Assembly: GCA_049724395.1 (NCBI GenBank)
Contig: JAUGWO010000066.1
Coordinates: forward strand, 1 to 40,802
Direction of reading: 5' to 3'
DNA: 40,802 nucleotides
From: Spongospora subterranea f. sp. subterranea
Lineage: Eukaryota
In this document: piece by piece, positions 12,040 through 23,625 of the stretch
Layout of the letters: the number at the start of each line of letters is the position of its first letter
Numbering within the stretch: position 1 is the stretch's first letter
Program-made: the position numbers and the translations under genes
The notes under the pieces: model-generated
Databases searched by the model: none
What the model was told of the DNA's origin: nothing
Seen by the model: the letters and a program-made list of their open reading frames with translations, nothing else

Positions 12040-14610
12040 ATGGAGATGCGTCCGATCAGGACCCACTAGATCCGGCAATAGTGCTTTAACACTCCGGCAT
12101 TGAACCCCAAGGTTCCGAACAACAGGGCCGACGATCGCAACGACGAATGGCCGAACCGTTGTTACGCCGATCACAGCGCCACGAATAACGTCGTTTGATC
12201 TCACTGCGATTAACAAGTTCTGCCGCGAGCGGGAATTATACCTGCGCCTAATCGAGGAACGGCGGGAGACTCCTGGCGAGAGCATATTCGCCATATCGCT
12301 GAAATACAGCATTCCTGTCGAGAAGCTGAGCGGCCTTGCGAAGTTCATGCTGGAGAAGGCTGTGAATGAGGTCTCCGACGCTGATATCACAGCATATTTT
12401 TCAGTCAGATCGTAATTGGCGTCGACCAGTGCTGAAGACATCGAAACCACGATCAACAATAATGTCATGGTCAATATGTCCATCAAGAACGCGGACGATC
12501 GCATTCTTACCTAGTTTTCTGAATTCGACAAGCTCATCGAGGACCTCGGACTCGAGAAGGCTTTCGACACTACCGATAGCAAAAAATGCAAGCGTAAAAT
12601 GCGCTATTTAATCCATGGTCTTCGCCCTGACTCTCTGAAGGAAGTTGTGGAGCTCAAGATCAAAAAATTTGGGCCACGAGAAAAGGATGAGCACGACGAA
12701 TCGCTGTTGTTTAATCTCGTTCTTCGTTCAGCCGTTGAACGAGAGAAGTTCGAGCGTATATATAGGAGAAAATCCAACCCCAATCCGTCGAACGGCAGTG
12801 ACGGCGTCGCTTTGGTGGGTAAACCCGAACTTTTCTCGTTGAGTTTCTATCCAGACCGATGACTAGGAAATTTGCTGGCTCTAGGGAGACCATACCATCG
12901 AGGAATCCGACGAGGCCGACATCATGGAAACAGAAAATTCGATTGTGCCGCAAAATCAAGCGAAGCACACCCGACTCCATCATCATATTGCAACGAGGAC
13001 CCAACGATGGTTACATTGTTGATCGGGCCGAGCATTCCCGAGGATACCCGCAGCGCAGTTAACGACATGGTCAACAAGGCAATAACAGAAGGACTACCAT
13101 CCCAGCACCGTTTCCGACTGACTCATGACGTACGTCACAAAGAAAGACATATGGCATCTCAAGCTTGGCAAGGATCCGCCTGCCAAGGTTCCGATGAAGA
13201 TCTTCGTAAAACCAGGTACCACTGCATTCCGAGCAAAGGCGGTATTCCGAAAGCGTATCAACAATTTCTCCACGATCATACGTCGCAATTGGAGACGACT
13301 GATTTTGTATTCAGAATCCCACATAGTCGTTATGCATGCGCCTGTCATGTCGTCGATAAAATATTCGTCGACATACGAGGACATCGCCTAACTTTGTACA
13401 CGAAGGAGATTAATTCCAGAACAGAACGGATCGCGTGGCCTATGCCACATCTCGGCGTGACATTGAATTACCTCCGTTTCTCATCAATATTTATACTACA
13501 GTACTGGATGCCTTCAAGGGATATTGACAGTTCCCTTTACATCCTGGTATGGTATGGTATGGTATACAAAGATTCGCGGGTTCTTATTGGTCGGGTAAGC
13601 CTGTGTGTACTACCAGGTTTTCCCTACTTCCGCCTGGCCGCTACAAGTAGATTCGGTATCCAATGAAGGAGCCTATTAGACCATCTGGATTAAGCAACAT
13701 AACCTGTCCTGACGACCACACCATATGGGACCTGCCCCCACCTGATTACATTGCCTATCCAGAGTTTCGAGGTCACTGCAAGCAGCTCCCTCTCCCACAT
13801 TCACAATGGCCATGTGGTCAGACCCACCTTTACATCCTGATAGCTGGGAGCTCTGCTCATTTATGGCTCACGAGGGAGTCTTCACCCCCATCGAATCATA
13901 CAAGGGCTTGCGATGCTGTATTCGCGTTTCAGCCAGTCAGCAGGAGATCCTCGGCGACCTGCTCTAATCATGCGCTTTGCTTAGGTCGATCATATTCTGG
14001 GATATGCCAGAGACCTCACTGATTGCTTCTCTGTTCTCAACAAGCTACTCGACCATTTGGACTGTCATGGCGTCACGTTGAACCCCAAGAGGTGCCATTT
14101 TTATCTCAAGTCGGCCAAATGGTCTGGGTGCATAATATCAGCGGAGGGTGTGAAGTTTGACGACGATTTTGTCAACATGCTCAGATCTTTACTTCGTCCT
14201 AAAAATGCGGCCGACCTACAACAATTCATCTGTGCGATGAACTGGATGCGATCGGGGATCCCGAAGTTTGCCGAACGACTCAATCCATTATTACAGGAGC
14301 TGCTTTTATTGGCGTCACGATCCGTCAGCAATGTCAAAAAACTTCATCTGAAAGTCTATCTGGAATCTATCGGCTGGAACAACTCTAATGACGTCAGCTT
14401 CAATGATGTCAGAATGCGTTATCCGAAATTCTAACAAATTCGCACGTGAAGGACAACTACACGCGCTGCCTGTTGCCTGATGCATCCAAACATTTTTGGG
14501 CGATGTTACTGACACAAATTCCGAACGAAGATTTACCCAAATCCGTTCATCTTCAGTTGGGGTGTCTGAGTGGGTCGTTCAAGGGCAATCAATTCGCTGG
14601 TCTAAAAGGT
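12040..14610 (+). mobile_element. Degenerate Ty3/gypsy gag-pol (gag, RT, RNase H fragments), interrupted by a non-LTR insertion
   Basis: Frameshifted LGKDPPAKVPMKI, INSRTERIAWPMPHL, LDAFKG(Y)WQFPL-like, LNPKRCHFY, LQQFICAMNWMR and PDASKHFW..LTQIP. Confidence 0.85.
13547..13826 (-). mobile_element. 5'-truncated non-LTR retroelement (LINE 3' UTR) with (CATAC)n tail
   Basis: 280 bp flanked by an exact 13-bp TSD CCTTTACATCCTG (13534-13546, 13827-13839). Homologous to the copies at 14615, 16812 and 18184. Confidence 0.9.
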
Positions 14611-14614
14611 TCCT

Positions 14615-15272
14615 TGGTATGGTATGGCATACAAAGGTTCGCGGGTTCTTATGGGTTGAGTAAGCCTGTGTACTACCAGGATTGCCCTATTTCCGCCTGG
14701 CCGCTACAAGTAGCTTGGGTATCCACTGAAGACACCTATTAGACCAGCTGGATTCACCGAATGGGACCTGTCCCCACCTGATTACATTGCCTATCCAGAG
14801 TTTCCGAGTTTACTGCAAGCAGCTCGCTCTCCCACATTCATTAGAAGCCACGTTGTCTGACCTTCGTGCTCAACATTCACTCTACTTTTCCGTATTGAAT
14901 GCAACCTTGGGGGGTCTCCCAAAATTCCATCACTCACGGGGTTTCGAACTCATGCCTAACACTCACCCGGACTTGCCTGCCACCAACAGGGACAGACAGG
15001 AACCAAGCTAACGACCACACCGAATGGGATCTGCCCCCACCTGATTACATTGCCTATCCAGAGTTTCCAAGTTTACTGCCAGGCAGCTCGCTCTCCCACA
15101 TTCATTGAGGCCATGTGGTCAGACCTTCGTGCTCAACATTTACTCTACTTTTCCGTATTGGATACAACCTTGGGGGGTCTCCCAAAATTCCATCACTCAA
15201 GGGGTTTCGAACTCATGTCTAACACTCACTCGGAACTGCCTGCCACCAACAGGGACAGACAGGAACCAAGCT
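14615..15272 (-). mobile_element. SINE-like element with LINE-derived tail and an internal ~260-bp tandem duplication
   Basis: Same 3' tail as the LINE copies, but a different ~145-bp 5' head containing GAGTTCGAAACC (B-box-like). Units at ~14755-15009 and 15010-15272. Confidence 0.7.
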
Positions 15273-15406
15273 CACTTCTCTGCCTATATTGTGCAGGCGA
15301 GAGCCACGTTATCGCGAACTGCCAGGTGAGAGAGCCCCTTAGATCGGATCCCGGAAAACGGGGAAGGCCCGTTTTCCGATCTAACAAAGCTGGCAGTTCG
15401 CGATAA
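15273..15406 (+). mobile_element. Gag-type zinc-knuckle fragment
   Basis: CLYCAGESHVIANC (CCHC). Confidence 0.5.
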
Positions 15407-15679
15407 AGTGGCGCTCGCCTCCACCAGCAGCGTCGTTCCATCCACAATCGGAAAGCAATAGTAGGTGCACCTCGGAAGCGTATTCTACCACGATGATGGA
15501 CGCAAACTATGGCGAGGACGACAACTGGAGCGAGAGGCGAGAACCAACGAGTCGGCGTTAACCGAACTCTGTTTCCACGACAAGTTGGTATTAGATACTA
15601 CTATAGTCAAAATATGTACATAGGTACCGCGACAGTCGCCAAGTAACTGGTGCCGTTGTGGGTTGCGCCTCCTGACAGT

Positions 15680-15792
15680 TCTTCCTGCTCAACATGGTTT
15701 CTACTTTTCCATCCACGCGGGATTTCGAATTGATGAGTCATGCCTTACAGTCACCGGGACCTATCTCCCATCCGTGGGCAGACAGGAACCAA
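15680..15792 (-). repeat. Diverged fragment of the SINE-like head
   Basis: Shares GCTCAACAT..TCTACTTTTCC..TTTCGAA..TCATGCCT..CAGACAGGAACCAA with 14865-15006. Confidence 0.7.
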
Positions 15793-16397
15793 TCCTGCAC
15801 CCAAGCCACAGTTTAGGGCCCATTTTGCCGATCTCACCCCATAAATCATTCTGGAATCCTCTTGGGAAATCATGATCGGGTGATTCAATGGTAGTTTCCG
15901 AAACAAAAGTCCAGCTGACGAAAGCAACAATATACTCAAGAATCATGTTTACCGGGAACGCAGATTCAACTTGTCGTCGAAGTTTGGTCGACAGCCGGAT
16001 TCGACTGGAATAGTTTGATAAACCGGAAACTGAGATTGAGTTCAAGACTATTAAGAACAGGACGGCTAATCAACCTTTCGTCGAGTGAAGCAGAAACAGC
16101 ACAGCACGGAAGGTCACGAATAACCACACGGTTGTAAAGTTTATTTGAAAGTGATTCCTACATTGACAAGAAGGATACACGCAATCACTAGAAAGATTCC
16201 CACGTTCAATTGATCAAAAATTAAAAAAAGGTTAAATTTTACCGATTTGTACTGTGCGGTTTATATAGTTGTTTGAATCAAAACCGCTATTATTTAAGTC
16301 CAAAGTTGACTCCAGACAACTGATAACGACGCCTGCAAGATAAAGATTTATGATCCCTAAGGTTTTCGTCATTAGTGATACCGTCACCATTCACTCA

Positions 16398-16676
16398 TTA
16401 GTGAGATAAACCTCTGAAAAAGTCTGGCATGGCCCGACGCTTGACTACAAACCAGAGTCCTATCATCCCCGCCAATATACTGATCAAACAATTTCCTATC
16501 CAATAAAGTTGTTGAACATTGTTTTCGGAATGTTTGAATGTCATACTAGTGAGTGCAAGTTCAAAACCAACTCCTGCACCTCCAGATGTGAATACTTGCT
16601 TCGAAGGATTATCGTTGCAAAAAGCGAAAGGGAGTAGAAAAACAAAAACCATGATGTGATTCATAGTCGATACCAC
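16398..16676 (-). CDS. Hypothetical small protein with signal peptide and single TM helix
   Basis: Hydrophobic N-terminus IMVFVFLLPFAFC; C-terminal TM LYWIGNCLISILAGMIGLWFVV followed by KRR. Confidence 0.45.
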   Translation of the reverse strand: MVSTMNHIMVFVFLLPFAFCNDNPSKQVFTSGGAGVGFELALTSMTFKHSENNVQQLYWIGNCLISILAGMIGLWFVVKRRAMPDFFRGLSH

Positions 16677-16811
16677 CTAAAGAGATGTGAATGCCCCGTT
16701 CGATGTCTACGCCTCTACGGACAACTCAGATCCCAATGTGTTTGAGGAGCCGTGATGTGACTTTGCCGCCTACAACATAATTTATGTCCCACTGAGTTAA
16801 CCTCCCGTTGG

Positions 16812-17093
16812 TATGATATGGTATACAAGGTTTCGCGGGTTCTTGTGGGCTGGGAAAACCTGTGCATTAACAGGTTTTCCCTTCTTCGGCATGGCCGCTA
16901 GAAGTAACTTCGGTATTCATTAAAGGAACCTATTAGACCAGCTGAATTCAGCTTCACAACCTGCCATAACAGCAATCCCGAATGGTACCTGACCCCACCC
17001 GATTACGATGCCTATCCAGAGTTTTCGAGTTCACTGCAAGTAGCTCCCATCTCCCCCATTCGTTCGTGCCATGTGGTCACACTAACACCCAAA
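16812..17093 (-). mobile_element. 5'-truncated LINE 3' UTR copy (more diverged)
   Basis: Exact 14-bp TSD TAACCTCCCGTTGG (16798-16811, 17094-17107); homologous to 13547-13826. Confidence 0.9.
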
Positions 17094-17959
17094 TAACCTC
17101 CCGTTGGCTTTAATTGTCGATGTACCTACTGACGGACGCACCCATTGGTGATTTTGAAATAAATTCCGCCACAGTTGGGAACTTTTTGTGATCGTTTTCA
17201 ACACCATTTGGTGGTAGCGGTAGTCTGAACTTTGCTAAGAAATCAGGGGGCAACTTCCGGACACAAACTCCTACGTTTGTGATCAGGACATTCGGTAACC
17301 GTTGCTAGCAGACTGATCCGAAACAACGCTATTCGGCTATTGTGGGGTTGGTAGTATTAAGAACCTCAACCTGAGGGATACTCAACAAACGGTATCGTCC
17401 AAACTGGGCCATGTTCAGTTCGGACAACGTCTTGGTTTCGGTTAATTGGACATCGTTTTCCACGTCAGATTCGTGACAGCTTGTCCAAACCCACACCTGT
17501 TTCCTTTAACCGCTCTGTATTATTAAACTTTTTTCGTTAGCGCTCCGGTCCCTACATGGTCAACAGCATCCCATCTGGTGACTATCATCTTATCGCGTTC
17601 CTTCTGTTTACCCATTATTGAACACGGGGAAAACCCCTAAATTGACAAGGAGCGCAAAACCAACTGGAAGATGCCCTTGCCGAGTTTGCACGTTATCGCA
17701 TTGTTAGGACCGAGCAGTTCTAATGATATTCACCAGCGTTTGTATTGGTGTTGACACGAATGGACCTCTTACTACTAATTCTTGTCAAGCATGCCCAGAA
17801 CGCGATATTAACGAAGGCCAAAGCCCATGTTCCAGCCAGCAAAGAGCCAAAGCTCAAGGTGCCGGAATCGTATGGAGACACTAGTCCAACAAATTCTGAC
17901 AGCACAACCGCTAACGTATTCGAACAACCGCGAAAGTATTGCTCTCATTTGTTGACTGT

Positions 17960-18910
17960 TAACAGGGCAAGCCCAGAGGACGTACACGATGATTGTGGTT
18001 CATATTCACCAGCGGCAAGAGAGGCGGCCTGTCTTAAAATGAAAGGAGGAACTCTAATAGATTTTAGAAGGAGTAAAAGATTACGGTTTACTATTTCAAC
18101 GAAACCGTTCGCCCAGGGGGAATACGCGGGTACGAATGGTTGATGTGTAGATGAAAGCGCAATTCGTCAAAGACACAATTTTGGTATGATATGGTATGGT
18201 ATACAAAGGTACGCGGGTTCTTATTGATCGGGTAATCCTGTGTACTACCAGGTTTTCCCTACTTCCGCCTGGCCGCTACAAGTAGATTGGGTAGCCAATG
18301 AAGGGACCTATTAGACCAGCTGGATTAAGCAACATAACCTGTCATAACGACCACACCATATGGGACCTGCCCCCACCTGATTTCATTGCCTATTCAGAGT
18401 TTCGATGTCACTGCAAGCAGCTCCTTCTCCTACATTCATTATGGCCATGTGGTCAGACCCAAATAAACTAATCGTATCTAGATAAAGCAGCCTGCTTTTT
18501 CAGCTTTGCGCAAGATTTTCGTCATGGCCTTTCATGGCTCCAGATTGCTGTGTTAAACGTAGTTACTGGGAGCGTCTTGTAGAGTCGTCTGCATCTCTTG
18601 AGTCGGCTTTTGAAAACTTCGCATTGTAAAACTTGATGTTCGATTGTTTCGGGATGTTTGTCGCAGTGCCTGCACGTGTTCGAGACACGATTTTGAAAAT
18701 GACTGCCTTGATTGAATACATGGATATTGACAATGCCAAAGTGCATGAACCAATCCAGCAAATAGGATATCACATCCGAATGATCGGTTGAAGTTGAGGG
18801 AATGTGTTTTACAAGTCATCTTTTTAAAACAAGAAGGTCATCATAATTGTGCGACCATGATCTGGTTTGGCTTCGAAAAAAATGAAAATCATAGTGAATG
18901 ACGTCGCTGT
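17960..18910 (-). mobile_element. Ty3/gypsy integrase relic split by a LINE insertion
   Basis: VIHYDF..LLDWFMHFGIV..NQGSHFQN right of the insertion continues as PAYSPWANGFVEIVNR left of it. Confidence 0.8.
18184..18682 (-). mobile_element. 5'-truncated LINE: ORF2 C-terminal CCHC finger + 3' UTR + (CATAC)n tail
   Basis: CRHCDKHPETIEHQVLQC. 13-bp TSD AGACACAATTTTG / AGACACGATTTTG (18171-18183, 18683-18695; 1 mismatch). Confidence 0.85.
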
Positions 18911-19019
18911 ATCAATTAAACCACTCATTGAGATATAAAGAACGTTTTTGATTAGCTAATATTGAAAGAACCAACAACTACCATGGAGCTAGTTGAGCGC
19001 AGGGTCAATACTTTCGCTT

Positions 19020-19560
19020 GAACAGGTTTAATGGGATGGCACCCCATCGAGTAAACAGGTCCGCCCAAAAATTTTTTTTGGGAGTTATTTCAAATGTTTG
19101 AACCAGGCATGCCCAAGAACAGATGCCAACGGCCATCAATTATAGCTGGCAACAGCTTCTGCAACGATTGTGGGACATTTTTCTTTCACCTTGAACGGAC
19201 CAGACCATGCCCTTGGACCATTCTTCCAACTCCAGTGCATGCAATTACGCTGCCCAGCATTCCAGGGAACACACGAGACACATTGGTCCTGAGGATGCGT
19301 TCCATGCCCACTTCGGTTGGAGCTCGCAAATACTCTTCGCCGAACTCAGATATGACCGTTTGAGTAAACTGGTTGAATGATTCCAAATTAGTAGAACCTG
19401 CCATTCGCATCGACCCATAGAGAGAGTCAGCTGAGCCGCCATACGCCATCATTCTGAGAGAGGCAATGACTTTCTGATGACTGTTAAACCCCATTTTGCC
19501 ACAAGCGTCTGCCGGCTGTAAAAAAGGGTTTCCCAGTAAACACCGATCATGATATCTCTT
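19020..19560 (-). mobile_element. PIF/Harbinger transposase fragment
   Basis: QKVIASLRMMAYG, FGEEYLRAPT, FPGMLGS(frameshift)CMHWSWKNGPRAW, PTIVAEAVA, WHLFLGMPGS. Confidence 0.88.
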
Positions 19561-19789
19561 GAACAAATTCAGTTGGACAGGACTACACCAAATGGACAGG
19601 GTTCGGTGATGCTGAGAGCTCTCAGAGAGTGAGTCCCAAAAGGGTACAAAACCATATTGCATTAGAGGTTCTTTATACAGTAAATTTACACAAATCCACT
19701 CGAAAGGAGGCAACTAAAAAGCATAAACAAAACAAACTTCTTCCAAGTGACCCGGACGTAGAACTCTGGACAGACTAGGTTAAGGGTCC

Positions 19790-20520
19790 AGGGCAAACTG
19801 TCGTCTTCACGCCATGCACAAGCCAACGGTCAGACAGAGAGTGTAAACCAGGTCCTCGGACAATACCTGCGTTGCTTTATATCGTACCGTCAACAGGGAA
19901 AAAAGTCATCATTGGCTCAATTCTCGTACAATAACAGCGACAACTCCGCTAGGAACGTGAGCCCATTTTACGCAAACTGTGGTTTCCATCCACTAGATAC
20001 ACCGGCAACGACTAAATCCTCCACAATATGCCCCAGCGTTGATGATCGTGTCGATCATCTGCGGGTAATTCGGAAGTTCCTCAAGGCAAATCTTACAAGG
20101 GCCATCTTAGATATGAAGGTCTACGCAGATCAACGACGTGAACCACAACCTCCTTATCAACCCACTGATCTATAGTTCTCCTTCGTCGGGATGGAATCAA
20201 GACGCATAGACACTGCGACAAATTAGCTCACAAGATGTTGGGGTCGTTCGCTGTCGTTGAAGTTATTAACCCAGTGGCATTTCGATTGCAACTGCCGATA
20301 GAGTCCCGACTCCACGACGTGTTCCATGTCTAGAGCCGCCAATTCTTTCCAGAACCGTCTGCCCATTCCACCACGAGGCTGACGCTGAGCCACTCTACAT
20401 GGTTAACCAGGTGTTGGACTCAAATTATTTCGTAATAAGCTCCAATACTTGATCGATGGGGAAGGGTATGGCCCGAATGAGCGCTCTTCTGAGTTCGCCA
20501 AACTCTTGGTGCAACGCAAG
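19790..20520 (+). mobile_element. Chromovirus (Ty3/gypsy) integrase C-terminus with GPF-like module and chromodomain
   Basis: ANGQTESVNQVLGQYLRCF, AQFSYNN, SPFYANCGFHP, FRLQLP..LHDVFHV, LQYLIDGKGYGP. Confidence 0.85.
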
Positions 20521-20751
20521 GACTAAACACCCGCCTCAAGGAGTACCACGACTGAAAAGCTCGGTCAAAATCCCACCGAAGCAAGATTATACGAGGGGGG
20601 CAATGTCAAAAGTCGTCGCTGTCCCTTGACAGAATCAAACATGTTAGTCACGAGTTTCCGCAAGGACGTTCCAACAGACATGTTCTTAGACGACGGACTG
20701 CCGATCGTGTCGCATTTGAAGGTAAATGACGAGACATCCTCATCATTCCGA

Positions 20752-22600
20752 TTATCTCCTTTCTCTATAATATACCGACCCCGTCCTCTTCTCTTCTTCC
20801 GTCTCCGTTCTCTTGTCTGCAATTGCCGTTGCCCTAGCCTCTGCCTCGATCCCTAAAATTGACGGACGACGCTGACGCTTTGACGGTTTGATCTGGCGTT
20901 CCCTTGATTGATCATCGTTCGACGACGATGAACGTATGTTCGCAATGTCTCGATTAGGTCGAAGATACCAGATGGGCGAGATCGGGTATGTCGTCCGTTG
21001 ATACTTTGGCAATGAATGCCATCGTCGGACTGGTCTCGTCATCCCGTCGTTATATAAAGGTCGGTCGCCCACGAACATGTGGCCTGAGAAGTGGGTTCTG
21101 TGGTTCATAGAATATATCAAAGCGGCCAGGACGTACTCCTTATCCCCAACAAGGATGTTTCGAACAGGCTTTCGGTTCATCTGTGAGCCGTCATCATCGC
21201 CAACGAGACACTCGACGTGTAGCAGTATTGGATACGAAATGATGTTTCGGGAAAGGCGACGGCGCAGCAAAATTCCTCGCCGATTACGGTGAGGTCTTCG
21301 CTGAGAAAGGGCTGTGATCGAAATGCCTCCATGGGTTTGTCGGCTACGTGCTCTTCTGTGGCTATCATTTCACATGGCGCGTTGTGCTCAAGATGAAAAC
21401 TTCCAGAGCCTCCTGCGTAAACCGCTTGCAGTATGCGGGTGGATGTACTTCAGGGAAGAGGGTTCCAACGCCACCGGTATCAGGCTGCCAAGAGCCCGAC
21501 AATACTGCTTGAGGAATCGGGCGAAAATCCGATCCACATTGCGATTCGAAGACGTCTCACAAAATTGTATAAAGCAGGACATCCACCATAGAGATTGCTT
21601 TATACGGAGCCATACTGGCCATGCTCGCCAGTTTCTGGTTTTTCGATGACGGTAGTGCACCAGATGAATCGAGGCCGGTCAATATTCCTTGGCCCCTAAT
21701 AACACCATAACTTAGAGAAGGTGATCGATGTCTGCACCCTCTGACAACCAACCGTGTTTGTAAGGTGCTAGAATAGCCAATCAGGCCAGAGTATCCACAG
21801 CACATGTCTTCATGGTCTTCAATCCTTGGTAAGTGAAGCTCCAGGGAATCCCCAATGTTTTGGAATCAATGTCGGAAGCTATGCCCGGCCGCAAGTTCCG
21901 TGCCCCATTGGGTCGGTCGACACGCCTCGGGACACAAGCCGAGAATACCGGAGTGGCATCCCCTGCAAGGCCATGGAATAATCCAATTCGACCTGTTTGA
22001 CGTATCTGTAGGAGTGATCCAGGCACTCAACGATGGACAACGTAGCTTTCGGAGCATTGAATTGAATGTCGCCACAGAAAACATTCTTGCGCATTCGTGT
22101 CGTCACCGATAAATGGATTGTTGCAGGCTTGTGCCATGAGGGGAAAATAGACTCTCCAAGAGCGATGTGCCAGGAGCCATCTTTCAACCGAGGGAATTCA
22201 GATACCAGAGACTCGAATCTGATTCGTCTGGATCATCGATTGTAAGAAGCGCGCCCGCAGATTGAGAAAATGAATGTTTTTCGGGTTCGACGAGGGCGCC
22301 GTCTCTCTAACTCGCGTTAGAGTTCTCTTGAAATGTACAGAGCATCACCTGTGGAAACAGCTCCAATTTGATGTCTTGCTCAGGAGGGACGTTGCCGTGC
22401 TTTCGGAGAGCGCCGCTCAAACCCTGCACGCTCACCGTCCGAAAAGTCACAAAGTATTGCCAGGAAAGGCGCCGTTCCACTATCCCAAATCGGTCGGCAT
22501 CTGCATACATCGAAGGTCTTCCCCATCAGCAACGAGATGGCCAAGGGCAGGGCCCGGCCAATAACAGTACAGAATCCGGTTGGTGATTGTGAGGTTTGGT
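20752..22600 (-). mobile_element. Degenerate Mutator-like transposase (same type as 33866-37620) followed by a USP-like protease module
   Basis: Frameshifted CDFSDGERAGF, CSVHFKR and DTNAQE mirror MDFSEAQRNGF, GCHVHF and SNPIES. Then Cys-box-like KTCAVDTL (~21800) and His-box-like YVLAALIY..THF..YNDG. Confidence 0.7.
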
Positions 22601-22647
22601 AGTAGGAGAGTCTCTGTCAATACAGATTGATATTGTATTGTTTGATC

Positions 22648-23480
22648 TCATACAGAGATGTCTGGTGTGAGTTCTGGATCGACAAGACGGGATAGTTTCG
22701 CCTCGATCACGTCCTGATCTTGATCAATGATCGGTGCTCCATGTGCCGGAATCACGCTCCTAACGGGTCGTCCTCCGAAAAACGTGCCCCCGTGCTTGGG
22801 CAGGAATGACGCCCAATTCTTCCGCAACAGGTCCTCATCGCTGGTGAACATGTGTGGCGGTCGAACCCAGTTGTCGCCCTGCCATTCTAACCCTGTTCCT
22901 CCAGGTCCCGCTGCACAATCTGACCCGATTCACAGTCAGAGAGATATCATAAAAACCCGATTCGCACACAGATTTACCTCCGACCAACATGATCTTCTTG
23001 TTCGGGTACCAATACATAGCGTGTCCTGGCGTATGACCAGGAAACAATATCGTCTCAATACCGAAATCTTTCAGAACCTGAGAATCGACGGGGTCGACCC
23101 ATTTATCCATTGGAGGAATCGCGTTGATCGCGTCCGCCTGCTTGGCGTCGGCAATGGGTAAAAACAAGGGGACGTCGGAACCGAATCGGATTCGGAACTC
23201 CTCGATCGATTCGCGTTTGGCGATCGCCGGGACATGATGATGTGACACCAGAACGCCAACTGTTTCAATCTAGATCAGCGAATGTGCCTGGCACGATGAC
23301 ACGACGGTTACCGAGATTGTCGAGGCCCTTGATTGCCGAGATTTTGGGAAAAGACTCCGTCAGAAGAGCGTCGACCAGGAGGATCTGCCTGGACTCATTG
23401 ATCAAGGCGTACGAGTTATGGTGACCTCCTTCGCCATAGCCGGAAAGTCGATACAAACAGCCGGGAATCAGTTCACTCAT
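22648..23480 (-). CDS. Metallo-beta-lactamase-fold hydrolase, 3 exons
   Basis: Introns 23260-23311 and 22920-22977 give a continuous protein with NSY, LLVD, VSHHH, PGHTPGH, VGD and IPAHG motifs. Confidence 0.85.
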
Positions 23481-23625
23481 GGATTTGCTCTCTCGAAAAT
23501 TGAATGAATTTTCTCGGACGCGAACCGATCGAGTCCGAGAAATTCATCCTTCATGTCATTTAGCGCGTTGAAATACCGAGTACCAAAGGCAAAAGCGACA
23601 TTAAAGGTTTCCCTGAGCAATTGTA

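Noticed and set aside
11977..12504. 175-aa minus ORF with a signal-like N-terminus
   Set aside because: Antisense to the gypsy gag relic.
13547..15792. Hammerhead/HDV ribozyme (retrozyme or Penelope-like repeat)
   Set aside because: No complete CUGANGA..GAAA core or HDV P1/P2 pairing found by eye. The TSDs and CCHC finger fit a LINE.
17745..18143. KPFAQG suggested an alpha-kinase fragment
   Set aside because: It is the antisense of the gypsy integrase motif PAYSPWANGF on the minus strand.
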